In this document: piece after piece, positions 1 to 12,692 of the stretch
Layout of the letters: every line of letters begins with the position of its first letter
Position numbering within the stretch: position 1 is the first letter of the stretch
Assembly (NCBI RefSeq): GCF_018350175.1
Contig: NC_058368.1
Location: 95,978,001 to 96,042,000 of the forward strand
Source: Felis catus
Taxonomy: Eukaryota
Direction: 5' to 3'
Length of the DNA stretch: 64,000 bases
Position numbers and translations under genes: made by a program
Notes under the pieces: generated by a model
The model's input: only the letters and a program-made list of their open reading frames with translations
Databases searched by the model: none
Told to the model about the DNA's origin: nothing

Positions 1-648
1 ACTGTATCCGCATCAGCAGTAAGGCTGTTTCTCTTTCTTATCATTCATGTGTTCACTGGAGCAGTGCTTTTAATTTCCTTCAAGTACTTTTTTCTTTGCC
101 TTCATGACTTGGCTCTTTGGCACAAGAGAGGTCTTGCTTTCAACCTGTCCTGACTGGTGACAGGCCTTCCTCACTAAACTTAATTATTTCTAGCTTTTGA
201 TTTAAAGTGAGACATGTGTGACTCTCCCTTGAACACTCAGAGGCTCTTGTAAGGTTATTAATTGGCCTGATTTGAATACTGTTGTGTCTCAAGGAGAGGG
301 GGGGCCTGAAGAGAGGGAGAGAGATGGGGGAAAAGCCAGTCATTGGGACAGTCAGAGCACACACATTTATCAATTAAATTGGTCATTTTCTATGGGCATG
401 GTTTGTGGTGCCCTAAGACAATTACAAGAGTAACATCAAAGATCACTGATGAATAGCAAATATAATGCTGAACATTTTGAAACATCCTGAGAATTACCAA
501 AATGTGAAACAAAGTGAGGAAATGCTATTGGAAAAATGGTGCTCATTGACTTGTTCCATGCAGAGTTACCACACAACTTCAATTTGCAAAAAAAAAAAAA
601 AAAAATGCAATGTCTGAAAACACAACAAGGTGAAGTGCCATAAAATGT
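1..648 (-). mobile_element. Tigger1 (TcMar-Tigger) DNA transposon remnant: left end plus start of a degraded transposase; continues off the window
   Basis: The minus-strand peptide TLNQKLEIIKFSEEG (ORF 140..373) resembles the Tigger1 transposase N-terminus. 340-648 matches the reverse complement of the Tigger1 5' end (catttatcaattaa...gtaacatcaaagatcactgat...aatgcaatgtctg). Confidence 0.88.
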
Positions 649-1009
649 ACTAAACTTGGATAAAGTCTCTGCTTCCTACCGCTCACACCTGCCCCAAGAA
701 CCCTGATGATGTATGTGAAGGCCAAGGCTATGTAGCTAAGGATGGAAGTTGAGATTTATAAGGAGATTCAAATTTGTATCTGGTGGCTTTTACTTTGTTA
801 GTGTATAGGGTTTTTTGTGGGTTTTTTTAAATCTTTTTTATTACTATATCTCCTCTTACTTATTGCCTCAATTAGAATTTCATTAGCTTGGATGCTACAA
901 CAAACTAAGCCTGGGGCTTTGTAAGGCTATGAAGGAAATGGTTGCCAGGAACAGATCAATTAGGAAACCGGGTGAAGGAGAAAGAAGCATTTTCACACCT
1001 CTTAGAAAT

Positions 1010-1430
1010 AGTTTGTCTAGGCAAAAAAACATTCAATGTATCTTTATCTTTCTGTCTATGGAGAGAGGAAGAGACAGAAAGAGAGGCTGCAAGGAGCTGG
1101 TGTACATGATGGTGGGAACTAATGAAATAAGTTCGGAATCCATAGGGGAGAAATTCACGAAGGGAAGATCATGAGAAGACTGAAACTCCCTTGGGCATTG
1201 GCTGAAGGATCAGGAAAGGAAGAGCCTGTGAAGAGAAAACAAATTTTAGTCCTATATTTAAAGTATATCTCAAGGGAATGCCAAAGTCTCTTAAAGGACC
1301 TCTACAGATGACATCAGATCCACCAGACAGCCTCTCTTACGTAAAGCTGAACTGATTAGACCTTCTGCACGATCCCTTCACAGCAGCCCCCAGGTTAGTC
1401 TTTGATTAAAGACTTGGAGGAAAATGTGTG
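1010..1430 (-). mobile_element. MLT2-like (ERVL) solo LTR fragment
   Basis: Motifs gcaaggagctggtgtacatgatggtggga and cccttcacagcagcccccaggttagtctttgatt resemble antisense MLT2. Confidence 0.5.
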
Positions 1431-2498
1431 CGTGTTACAAGATGGCGGCTGTGCCAACCTGCCTCGTCTTAATAGTGCCCTCAATTCGATACACCAGAAA
1501 GCCATTCCAGATAGGTGGTGTTTCTCTGGATCTTTCCCCTGGGCGTTTTCTTCATTTGCTTTATGGCCACTACAGCATTAGAATTCAGAGTTCTCATTTG
1601 ACAAGGTGTAGGTAGGCTGTAGATTAAACCCTTATAATTAGACTTTAATTTAAAAACCAAATAGATGGCATATAACTTGAGAACTGAAAGGAATTTGGGG
1701 CATCCTATACTTACTCCCTCATGCATTAAGAGTGTAAGTGATTTTCCTGTTATCACGCTGCAAGTTAGTAATGGAGTCCTATCTAATGGCCTAATCATAT
1801 CATATCATGATAACAGAGATTTAAAGTCACTATTCTGTGATATTCACATGTGGACACCAGGGAAAAGAGAAGTAACTTAAGTTACTATCAGGGATGTAGA
1901 ACTGAACAGGTGGCCTGTTTTCAAAGACTTTGTTTTTAACTTATGTGTTCAACTACCTCAGAATAGAATATGCATCTTGTGACCAATGGCAAAGTAATGT
2001 CTTTTTAGTAGTCTGTTACTTATCATGAAAAAAAAAATCCCAATTTACTTTTACCTTTTGAAAGGAAAATCAACCATCCAATGATCAGTTTTGTTCCCTT
2101 CCTTGTCTTTCCTCTCGTCCTCCTCCTTCTCCTCCTCCTCCTTCTTCTCCTCCTTACTGTGATTTCATCAAATGGATTTTATTGAAGAGGTTTTTGAGAT
2201 GCCCTAGGGACCTGTGCTTATCTTCACTAGCTTTCCAAACTATAAAACTCAGCAGAGCTTCAACCTTTAATAGTTACTCTTTTCAAGTAGCTGAAGTCTA
2301 GAATTGTAGTTTAATATTCTTCCCTATCTCACACATCTAAAACCTTTAGACATGATACATACCAAAAAATGGCCACAAGTTTAGTATGGATATAGAAAAT
2401 TATTATTTCTTAGGCTACATGAAATCCCCAAACTGATATTCCTTCTTAAGTTTCTCTTATAGATGTATTTCTACTAGATGTTAATAAGTAAATTTTCT

Positions 2499-2705
2499 GG
2501 GGTGCCTGGGTCGCTCAGTCAGTTGAGCGTCCAACTTCGGCTCGGGTCATGATCACATGGCTCGTGAATTTGAGCCCCACGTCGGGCTCTGTGCTGACAG
2601 CTCATAGCCTGGATCCTGCTTCGGATTCTGTGTCTCCCTCTCTCACCGTGCCCCTCCCTCATGCATGCTCTTTCTCTCAAGAATAAATAAAACATTAAAA
2701 AAAAA
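2499..2705 (+). mobile_element. CAN-SINE (SINEC_Fc type)
   Basis: ggggtgcctggg tRNA-derived head, CT-rich linker and A tail. TSD aagtaaattttc at 2486-2497 and 2706-2717. Confidence 0.96.
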
Positions 2706-2869
2706 AAGTAAATTTTCATCCAAGAATAGGTTTTGGATGACTTCCTTCCATATGAAAGATGAAACTACATAAAAAAAAAAAAAGGACAAAAGCAATAAAC
2801 CAAAACTTTAGAGTAACCAAGAGAGCCAGGTAAGGATTATACAAGTGTAGGGGAAAAAGCAGAACACAC

Positions 2870-3630
2870 ATTTTTAACAGCTTTATTGAGATGTAATTTA
2901 GGTATCATAAAATTCCCCTTTTGGTTTTGCAGTATATTTATAGTCATGAAACCATCTCCATAATCTCATTTTATAACATATCCATCACTCCAGGAAGAAA
3001 TAGGGTACCTATCAGCCGTTATTCTCCATTTACCTCCATGTCTATCTGGAAGTAACTACTAATCTACTTACTGTCTCTATAGATTTTCCCATTCTGGACA
3101 TTTCATATTAGTGGAGTCATACAATATGTGGCCCTTAGTGAGTGGCTTTTTTTCACTTAGTATAATGTTTTTGAGTTTTATCCATGTTCCAGCATATTTC
3201 AATACTTCATCCCTTTGCATTGATGGATCACTTTTTATTGTATAGTTGTTTATCCGTTCATCTGTTTTGGGGCATTAGGTGTGTTTTCACGTCAGGGTTA
3301 TTATGACTAATGCTGCTGTAAATATTTATGTATGTGTTTTTGTGTGAGCATGTCCTTTTACTTAGGGGATGTGCCTAGGAGTCGAATTATTGGTCATGTG
3401 CTAATTCTGTAGCCAACGTTTTGAGACACTGAAAAACATATTTATTTGGAGAAATACCTATTCAAACCCTTTCCCATTTTTAAATCGTGTGAATTGCCTT
3501 TTGTCTCATTGAGTTGTAAGTGTTCTTCATGCGTTCTGATACAAGTTCCTTATCAGATAAGATTTGAAAATGTTTTCTCCCATTCTGTGTGTAGTCTTCT
3601 ACTTTCTGATGATGTTATTTGAACTACCAT
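2870..3630 (-). mobile_element. Old L1 (L1MB-like) 3' end fragment
   Basis: ttttaacagctttattgagatgtaattt...cattctggacatttcatattagtggagtcatacaatatgtgg are typical antisense L1M 3'UTR motifs. Confidence 0.85.
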
Positions 3631-3636
3631 GGGTGT

Positions 3637-3847
3637 GGGGTGCCTGGTGGCTCAGTCGGTTAAGCCTCCCAACTCTTGATTTTGGCTCAGGTCATGATCC
3701 CACAATTGGTGGGATAGAGCCCCCTAGTAGGGCTCTGTGCTAACACAGTAGACCCTGCTGGGCATTCTCTGTCTTCTTCTCTCTGCCCCTCCCCTACTTA
3801 TGCGCTCCCTCTCTCTCTTGAAATAAAAATATAAACTTTAAAAAAAA
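3637..3847 (+). mobile_element. CAN-SINE
   Basis: ggggtgcctggtggctcagtcggttaag head, CT linker, A tail. Confidence 0.93.
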
Positions 3848-6044
3848 TTACAAGGGATTTATTTCTGAAATAAAATTTTACCATTTTCTTTAAATATTGA
3901 CATTATGCTGAACTGATTAATTGGAGGAAGTCATATACTGGCAGTAATTCGAGGATCATTTAATAGAAATCAGAAGCAGACTGAGAACATAGTGTTCAGG
4001 GACTGTATCTTGGTCAAGGATCATTGAAATGACTGACTTGATATTCCGAAATATTTGGAATGAGTGTTTACATCTGCTCTTTTGCATTAAGGTATTTTTT
4101 CTGTTCAGTTAATACTCTCAGATAATGTATATCAGGATGTTTAAGGTAAGATATTTGAGTATTATCCCAGTCTTAGTTTACAGACATAATAAGATTCTGC
4201 CTACTGAATTTTGTTTTTCTAATGAGATTTGGTTAGCCTATTCCCTGGCAAACTAGGACAAATTTCTGTAATTAGTATCATAAATATTTATAAAAGACTA
4301 CAGTAGACACAATTGCATTTTTTTTTGAATTTTGCATAAATGCTACCTTATTCACTGTGTCAAATATTTCCCTTGCAAATGAGTTTTTTCATTTTCCTGC
4401 ATTCAGAATCAATAAGTCTCAGGAGATTTCCTACATCTCTTAAACTAGAGATGACAAAATGCTGTCAAAATAAAATACAAGCAGATCCCCAATGTCAACA
4501 TTTGTCTATGTTTATATAGGATCCCAGAAAAAGGGGAGTCTTATCACAAAACTATCATAAATAACAGGAGTGAATTTCACTACACCATTTTATCATTCTC
4601 TGGTTGACTTACTCATTCAATTACCTAAACATACCCATAACTTTAAGCTCTTATATCTGAAATTAATCATCGTAATCTAGAATTACTTAAAGGTCATTAC
4701 TTCATTTGTGATTTTTTTTGTGTCAGGATGGTGAGGGCTTTGCCATCTGTACACATTTCATACCACATTCAGCTTTAAAAGAGGTCCTTTATTAATCAGT
4801 GAACAACAGTTATTTGATACTGTAGTTAAAACCCAAATATCATGGGTTTGCCATTCATTTATATCATGAAAAGTGCATAGGAGATCTCCTATACTGTTAG
4901 TAGTGGAAGTGATGGGGATAAAAAAAAATAATTGGGGCCACTTTTCTACTTAGAGAAACCAACACAACGTCAATGATAATTAAGCAACTGAGTTGAGTAC
5001 AGTTACTGATTGGTTCCCTTGAATTACTCTCTCCTTTTCCATTTAACAAGGTTGTCTCCCACCTAATGATTCATTGTGAAATTATACATTTTTATATAAA
5101 AAAATATTGCAGTACACTCATCACAATTTGTTGCCTTCTAGCAAGGACATCAAGCGATTCATGCATTCTAAAGAACAGCACACAATAATGTAAATTGTGG
5201 AAAGTGCAAGTTGTCATAGGTCATGGCAGATACACCCTCGATGGGGTGAGGTTGTCATTGACAAAGGCTTGTAAGAAGCCATAGGAAGAAGTAGATTTCA
5301 GCCTCATATAAAGCCCATCTCCTTCTCAAGGGAAAACCTGCTTATTTATATGACGTCTCTAACATGATGTGATTTGAATCCTGGTCCATAGAGGGCTTCA
5401 TGCCTCTCTTTTATTATCCTGGGCCCAGCCCCTGCTGGGACAAGTCAGCCGTGGGAGATTGAAATTGCCCCCTTCCCTTCAGCTGCAGCTGCCAAGGCCT
5501 GTGTCTGCCTCTCGGGCCTGTGTTCACCAAAACAGTGATTATCTTGGACACTTGTGAAATGATGGGAACCTCATTTACACCTAAATACAGTCTATGTACA
5601 TGAATAATAATTGCCCACCTTTCAGGGAAAATTATATAAACATACAGAGAAGGCACAATCTTGAACATATTTATGGCAGCTTGGCTAAAAGTTTTCAAAA
5701 GTCATTACATCAGGCTAATTAATCTTTCAAATTTCGTGCAAGGCGGTCTGTCCACCTTCCCCAGTGCCAACCTTTCCTTCTCATCTCCTGCTGTTCCACA
5801 TCTCAAACCAAACTGCCTTGCCCAGCCGGGGTCATCGAATATAGTTTTAACAGACAACGTTTACCTGGCATTTGACACACATGAGACCCGAGACTGAGAA
5901 CTTTATGTGCATGATGAAGATTCTCTATAATCGTGGAGAGGTGATCAAGGCATAATTATGAAAAAGAACACAAATATTATAATTAAATGTTTCTGAGTTC
6001 AAATATTGGTTATGACTCATGCCAGCCTGGACATAAACATGTTT

Positions 6045-6061
6045 CTTAAGTTTATGTATTT

Positions 6062-6132
<71 letters not shown>

Positions 6133-6298
6133 CAGAGAGACAGAGAGAGGCAGAAAGAGAGGAAGAGAGATAATCCCAAGCAGGCTCCGCACTGTCAATG
6201 CAGAGCTTGACGTGGGGCTTGACCTTGGAAGCTGTGCCATCATGACCTGAGCTTAAATCAAGTTAGACACTTAACCAATGGGGCCACGCAGGCACCCC
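6045..6298 (-). mobile_element. CAN-SINE with compound (TG)n(GA)n microsatellite
   Basis: Ends ...gcaggcacccc. The expanded TG/GA tract at ~6065-6150 lies in the linker. Confidence 0.93.
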
Positions 6299-6329
6299 AT
6301 GGACTTAAATTTTTTAAGCTTCACTTGCT

Positions 6330-6455
6330 TCACCTTTGAAGTAAGGTTGGTAATCACACCACAGAGATGTGAAGTGACTCGTCCAAGGAAGCAGAACCAG
6401 CAAGGTGTCAACATTCAAACTCCAGGTTAAAGCCCATGCCTTGAATCACTCTGTT
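6330..6455 (-). mobile_element. MIR fragment
   Basis: cacagagatgtgaagtgactcgtccaagg...attcaaactccagg...aagcccatgcctt resembles the MIR core. Confidence 0.55.
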
Positions 6456-6617
6456 TTGCTTTACTGTCATTCTCTTGTAGCTTTTCTAGTTTTCACAAGA
6501 GTGTTGAGACACTTCATGATGTTGAAAAACACTCTGCAACTCGTAGAGTATCAAACATAGGGAGGGACTGATGTTACCTGGTATTTCTGGACAGTTGAAA
6601 TCCTACACTGCATCTTA

Positions 6618-6844
6618 TTATTCTTTCTTTCTTTATTTTTTTTACATTTATTTATTTTTAAGAGACAGAGTGAGATAGCACAAGCAGGGGAACGGCAGAG
6701 AGAGACGGAGATACAAAATCTCAAGCAGCTCCAGGCTCAGAGCCGTCAGCACAGAGCCCAACGTGGGGCTCGAGCCCACGAGCCGCGAGCTCATGACCTG
6801 AGCCGAACTCAGACGCTCAAACAACTGAGCTCCCCAGGCACCCC
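6618..6844 (-). mobile_element. CAN-SINE (SINEC_Fc type)
   Basis: Full antisense body ending ggcacccc, with TSD tgcatctt on both sides. Confidence 0.95.
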
Positions 6845-6849
6845 TGCAT

Positions 6850-6968
6850 CTTTTTCAAAACAACATTTTATTTGTAAGTCATCTCTGCCTCCAAAAGGGG
6901 GCTTGAATTCACATCCCTGAGATCAAAAATCACAAGCTCTAACAACTGAGCCAGCCAGGCGCACCCCC
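6850..6968 (-). mobile_element. Short older CAN-SINE
   Basis: gggcttgaattcacatccctgagatcaa...actgagccagccaggcgcacccc. Confidence 0.85.
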
Positions 6969-7369
6969 TACAGCGCAGCTTACGTTTGGAGAACTGTTCC
7001 GCAGTGTTCCTCACAGCTTGTACGTCCCAGTCCTTCCTATTGTTTTCCTTATCTCCACTCTCGGGAGGAATCGTGCGCAGTGCTCATTGCTGTGCACGGG
7101 TACAGGGCAGCAGATGGTGGGATGTGTACAGAAGGAAGCAGGGGAATTGAGTCTAAGTCGTGAGTGTAAAGAAATTAAAACAAACAAACAAACAACCTTG
7201 TGACTCCAAGCTTTATTGTAGGTGCTTGTTGAATACGAGGACAAAGTGAGTTTCACAACTGATGATTGTCTTTAATAACTAGAGCCTGTTGACTTTAATT
7301 GTGTTTTTAATACTAGCACAGAAGATGCAGAATATGGCAGGGGAGTGAATAAGAGAAGATTAAGAGTGC

Positions 7370-7558
7370 TTTTTTAAAAATATTTATTTTTTGAGGGATG
7401 GGGGAGGGGCAGAGAGAGAAGGAGACACAGAATCCGAAGCAGGCCCCAGACTCTGAGCTGTCGGCACATAGCCCCACACGGGGCTTGAACCCACGAACCG
7501 CGAGATCATGACCGGAGCCAAAGTCAGATGCTCAATCAACTGAGCCACCCAGACACAT
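7370..7558 (-). mobile_element. CAN-SINE (SINEC_Fc type)
   Basis: gacacagaatccgaagcaggc body. TSD aagagtgctttt / aagaatgctttt. Confidence 0.95.
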
Positions 7559-8594
7559 CAAGAATGCTTTTTGATATTACCGAAATCGGCGTAGTAATTG
7601 TAAAGGGTGACACAAATGAATGTAATTCTAGGTCTTTAGAATGAACTTTCATTTTGTTTTGTTTCATGAAGAACTTGGGGTGAACTCTTGAGCTGTTGTC
7701 ATTATACGTACTTCACCCAAAACCATCTGACAGACTAGATTAGAGGAAACGTAATAGATTTTCAAAGGTTACTGTAACTCTCTTTATTGGCACTTTGTGC
7801 ACGCACAGAAGTGTAATGTAACTTTACAGAGCCCTGGCATTGTCCACGATAACCTGAAGATACCTACGAAACGGATCTTTGGATTTCATTGGATTGACAC
7901 TTATTTTTATCCAGTGGAGTGCAGGTCAAAGGCACTCCATAAACCGAATGTGTATCTGTAGGAAGTGGCGTTCTGAACCAGAAAATAGGAAAAAGTATTA
8001 ATCAAAAGTGAAAAGGCTCTTCTGAGAGCAGAGCAGCCTTGCAAAATGATTTTAAAGATCACTTGCCTTGCACACAATTATTTTGTAGTTGCAGTTCATG
8101 CCAAGATTTTCAGGAAAACTGATAGAAAATCTCATTATTCAAGCAGGCACTGTAGATACAATGTAAACCCACTCATTCACCAGGACAAGGCAAAGGTGAC
8201 ATAAAGACAGATTCTTCACAAAAAAAAGAAAAAAATCACATCGTCCCATGTTGCACAAAGTGAGTTTTCATTGCAAATATTTGTTTCCATTATGAGGTCT
8301 ACAGAGGCGTAATATTGTCAAAATGAGAGTAGTTTCTGAACTGAATAGACTTGTATGGATATTTTAAAATATGCCTCTAAAGTGATGAATGACTGGTACT
8401 ATTATTCCTTATTTTCATTTTTTTCCCATGTATTTTACCAGTTCAGGAAGGATCCAATTTAATATAAATTCCCGTCACAGTGTGTAACTTCCTCTTCATT
8501 TTCTTAGTAGTAACCCGAGCCCCTGCTTCAAACACAGTTAGCCTGTTAAAGGTGTTGAAGACACGGTTTTGTCATTTTTAAAAGACACTTCTTT

Positions 8595-8763
8595 AAGGAA
8601 GGAATAAGGTTGAGAGACTGAAGATGAAGCAGGAGAGGAGCAGAGAAAATCCCAAGCAGGCTCCGCACCCTGGAGCCCTATGCAGGGCTCAAACCCATGA
8701 ACCGGGAGATCATGACCTGAGCAGAAACCAGGAGTCAGATACTGAACTGACTGAGCCGCCCTG
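8595..8763 (-). mobile_element. CAN-SINE, degraded
   Basis: aatcccaagcaggctccgcac...gagatcatgacctgagc. TSD-like taaaaagacactt / taaaatacactt. Confidence 0.88.
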
Positions 8764-9094
8764 GTAAAATACACTTGGGAGACGCACCACGAGGTCCACG
8801 GTGTGAAGATTGAACTTTATTTGTTCTAGTTTCCTGGCACCAATTCTGTGCTTCCAAAGCTCATTGTGCGAAGGAGAAGTGATTAAGTGGGTTCTGCAGG
8901 TTCCTTCTGATGCAATCACACCATTTTTCCTTCAGAGTCACCTAAGCAAACAATATAATCAATATGATACGTTGTACAATAAACTCAGCACATACCTCAG
9001 ATATACTTTTGTCTAAGTGGCATCCTTTTTTTCATGGTTACCTTATTCTTTTGGAAAACCATTTTCATTTCTAGAGATCTTATTTATCAATAGG

Positions 9095-9215
9095 TGTGTG
9101 TGTATATATATGTATATATATGTGTGTGTGTGTGTATAAAATATATAAATAATATATATAATATATAGTATATTATAATATATCATATATATATAAATTA
9201 TATATAATATATATG
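9095..9215. repeat. (TG)n/(TA)n low-complexity tract
   Basis: Directly visible. Confidence 0.9.
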
Positions 9216-9981
9216 ATCTATATTCCCATCATATAAATGCATGGAGCCTCAGTATATAGTAAACTCTCAATAAAATGAGTTTTTTAAATCTTATTTCCAT
9301 AAGCTCTTAAATGGTTGATGCTTGTGTCTTCTATGATGTATTTTTCATTTTAATAAGCTTTTCATTCAATCATCAAATGTTTATCAACTGCCAGTTATAG
9401 CTATGTATATGACTATATGTTTTTAACAAGTGCTTCCTGTGTTCCCATGATGTGAAAGAAATTATACCCTGCGATTTGGGTATGAAAATACACGGTCTTG
9501 TTGGTATTACCTTCAAAACTTATAAAATGCAAGGTAATGAGCCAAGTGCTGTTGAAAATTAAAAGTCACTGTGTAATTTTAAATACTTTTGTGCAGTCAC
9601 TAAGGAAATGTTGCCATAGAAAATCTAATAGCTCATTGTAAGCACATTATTTACTTCAGTTTACACAGAGAGCACTTAAATTATAGTTGTGTCACACTTT
9701 ACTTTGAACTGGATTAGTTAAATATTTTTTTCAAATGCAGATGTACCTGATTTTGTGGAATATCTTAATTCCTGATGACATTTCTAATTGTTATTTTTAA
9801 CATCAGGACATTTTTAAATATACTGAAAGCGATTTATTTAAATGGACTTTAATGGTGAGTTCCTTAGTAAGGAAAAGAATAACTGAAGGATTAGTCAGCA
9901 GAGGGAAATATGAAGTTACTGAGGGTTTTTGTATATTTTTAAATTTTTATGTTGAGGAAATAACTATTAAAAGCTGCCATG

Positions 9982-10156
9982 GAGGCACCTGGGTAGCTTG
10001 GTTGGTTGGGCATCCAATACTTGATCTCGGCGCAGGTCTTAGTCTCAGGGTCATGAGCTCAAGCCTCACATTGGGCCCTGTGCTGGGTGTGAAGGCTGCT
10101 TAGAATAGAATAGAATAGAATAGAATAGAATAGAATAGAATAGAATAGAATAGAAT
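9982..10156 (+). mobile_element. Short CAN-SINE with (AATAG)n tail
   Basis: gaggcacctgggtagct head, with a pentanucleotide tail at ~10101-10156. Flanks ctgccatgga / cttccatgga. Confidence 0.88.
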
Positions 10157-10249
10157 CTTCCATGGATTTATAGGACTGTTTTCTTTCTTAAATCAATCAC
10201 ATTTTAGCTAAAATGTTCTCATATGCATCTTCAGAGTCAAAGTCTGTTC

Positions 10250-11135
10250 ATCACTAGTGCTTGACATAAGGAACACATAGATCCTAAAGAGCCATCCAGC
10301 TACATCTGCGTTAAGTCCTTCAGACAGGTGCCAAGAGGTGGCTTACAGTGAGGATGGAAAGCTACAACCACATATGATGCCAGGAGAATGTCCTGCCACA
10401 TTCATGGGAACTAGGTGAAAAACTACTAACAGTGTACAGGGTGTGTTATTTTAAAAACAAGTTAGTATATTTAATTGAAGCTAAGACCAAAAACTCTTAG
10501 AAGAAAACAAAGAGGTAAATATTCATGATCTTGGCAACAAAAGAAGAAAAAAAATAGATAAATTGGATTCCATCAAAATTAAAATCATTCAGGACCCCTG
10601 GGCGGTTCAGTTGGTTGGGCAACTGACGCTTGATCTCAACCCAGATAATGATCTCACGGTTTGTGAATTTGAGCCCCACATCGGGCTCTGTGCTGACAAT
10701 GCAGAGCCTGCTTGGGATTCTGTCTCTTCTTCTCTCTGCCCCTTCCCCAATTGAGCACGCTCACTCTCTTTCTTTCTCTCAAAAATAAACAAACTTAAAA
10801 AAATTAAAATATTTTTATCAAAGAACCACTATCAAGAAAGTAAAAGGACAACCTTGAGATGGGGATAAAATATTTGCAAATCGTATGTTAGACAGGGCTT
10901 TAATATCCAAAATATATAAAGAACTCCTGCAACTCAACAAAAAACCCAAGCATCTCAAATAAAAAAAAAAAAAATGGGCAGAGGACTTAAATAGACATTT
11001 CTCAAAAAAAAAAAAAAAACACATTTAAGTGGCCAAAGAATATATGAAAATGCTCAACATGCTTAGTCATTTAGTAAATATGCATCAAAACTATAGTGAG
11101 ATACAACTTTAAACTTTCTTAGATAGCAATCGTCG

Positions 11136-11167
<32 letters not shown>

Positions 11168-11790
11168 TAACGAGTCCTAGTGAGGATATGGAGAAACTGG
11201 AACCCTCATACATTGCGGGTGGAAGGGAAAATAGTGCAGCCACTGGGAAAATATGGGAATCCCTTTAAAAGCTAAATGTGAAATTATGTGATCTTGCAAT
11301 TCTACTACTAGACATATACTCCCTAGAATTGAAAACAGACACTCAGGTAGTTGTACCCCAGTGTTCATTGTAACCTTATTCCCAATGGCCAAAAGTGAAA
11401 ATAAGTCAGTGTCCATCAACAGAAATGAGCAAACTGTAATATTTACATACAATGTAATATTAATATTATTCAGCCATAGGAAGAAATGAAGCTCTGATAT
11501 ATGCTACAATATGAATGGATCCTGAAGATATTATATGAAGTGAAACAAGCCAGATACAAAAGGATGAATACTGAGTCCACTTGTGTGATATATCTGGAAT
11601 AGGCAAATTTATGCGAACACAAAGTCCCTTAGAGGTTACCAGGGACTGGAGGTGGGGATGGGAAGTTACTTCTTAATGGTTAGAGTTTCCATTTGCAGTG
11701 ATGAAAACATTTTGCAAATAATCTGGATGGTTACACAGCATTGTGAATATAAATTAATACCACTGACTTATACACTGAAAAATGGTAGAA
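10250..11790 (+). mobile_element. Old L1 (L1MB-like) ORF2 end plus 3'UTR, interrupted by a SINE and a (CAT)n tract
   Basis: aatatttgcaaatc...aagaactcctgcaactcaacaa...aaatgggcagaggacttaaatagacatttctc...gaggttaccaggg...gatggttacacagcattgtgaat. Left boundary uncertain. Confidence 0.88.
10591..10803 (+). mobile_element. CAN-SINE inserted in L1
   Basis: gagccccacatcgggctctgtgctgac body. TSD aaaattaaaat. Confidence 0.93.
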
Positions 11791-11929
11791 AAATTATACA
11801 TATGTATAGTTTTATTTATTCTATTTAGTTCATTTTAACTTATTTTATATACTTGGATACACATAATAGCTCTACAAGGAAAACAAATGTATTATTGCTA
11901 TTCTTATTTTCCACTAATTACGTCAAGAA

Positions 11930-12170
11930 ATTTTATCGAGTGCTATAATGTTCTAGGCCCTGATTTAAGAACTGTACAATTATTAGGTATTACTCATAAG
12001 AATCCTGTGAAGTATGATTTTTTATTACTTTAGGCATTTTACAAATGAGGACACTGAAAGAGGGGGGTGGAGTAACTCGTTCAAGGTGCAGGGGAGGGTC
12101 AGTGGCCAAGCTAAGCAAGAGCCCAAGCAGTCTGGTTCCAGAACTTCTCCTAACCTTGAGTCTTGGCCAT
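11930..12170 (-). mobile_element. MIR
   Basis: cattttacaaatgaggacactga...taactcgttcaagg...cccaagcagtctgg. Confidence 0.75.
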
Positions 12171-12574
12171 TTTGACATTTTGTACTTAAACTTCTCATCT
12201 TACAATGAAGTGTAGTGATCACACCCAAGCCTGTGAGTGATCCATGTACCAGGGATGTGCATTCTTTTCAGTTCTTTGCTCTCACAGCAAATTTGTTACA
12301 CTGTCTACCAGCTCTCCCTGGAAGGGATTTAATTGCTTCTGCTACCAGTTACTATTAAAAGGTGGCAAGTGGTTATCATTGCTTTGGTGTTCAGACTATT
12401 ACATGGCATGTCTCCGTCAGTCTGCCCCTTGGAAATTAGACAGTGAGCACTCACTGAGAGCGGGATGCTTACAGGATAGTTAGAATACGGAATGTGGTAC
12501 TGAAGGAGACTTTTCCACTCTTTAATGAACTTTCTGTCACAGGAGGCTGTCATCTTCACAGTGACATGAGGATA

Positions 12575-12692
12575 AATTACTTTCTTGCATACTGTGTCTA
12601 GTGCACCTGGGTGCCATCTCTGTGTCCCCAGCACAGGGCACAGTGCTTGGCTCACAGTAGGTTCTCAAGACCCTGTTGTTACATGAAGGATC
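12575..12692 (+). mobile_element. L2 3' end fragment
   Basis: ctgtgtccccagcacagggcacagtgcttggctcacagtaggttctcaa is the typical L2 terminus. Confidence 0.7.

Noticed and set aside
2499..2580. tRNA-like A/B-box sequences at SINE heads
   Set aside because: These are tRNA-derived SINE promoters continuing into SINE bodies, not tRNA genes.
4109..4145. Plus-strand micro-exon pattern (ttttttctgttcag ... AAG|gtaaga)
   Set aside because: Stops in all three frames and no partner exons; unsupported.
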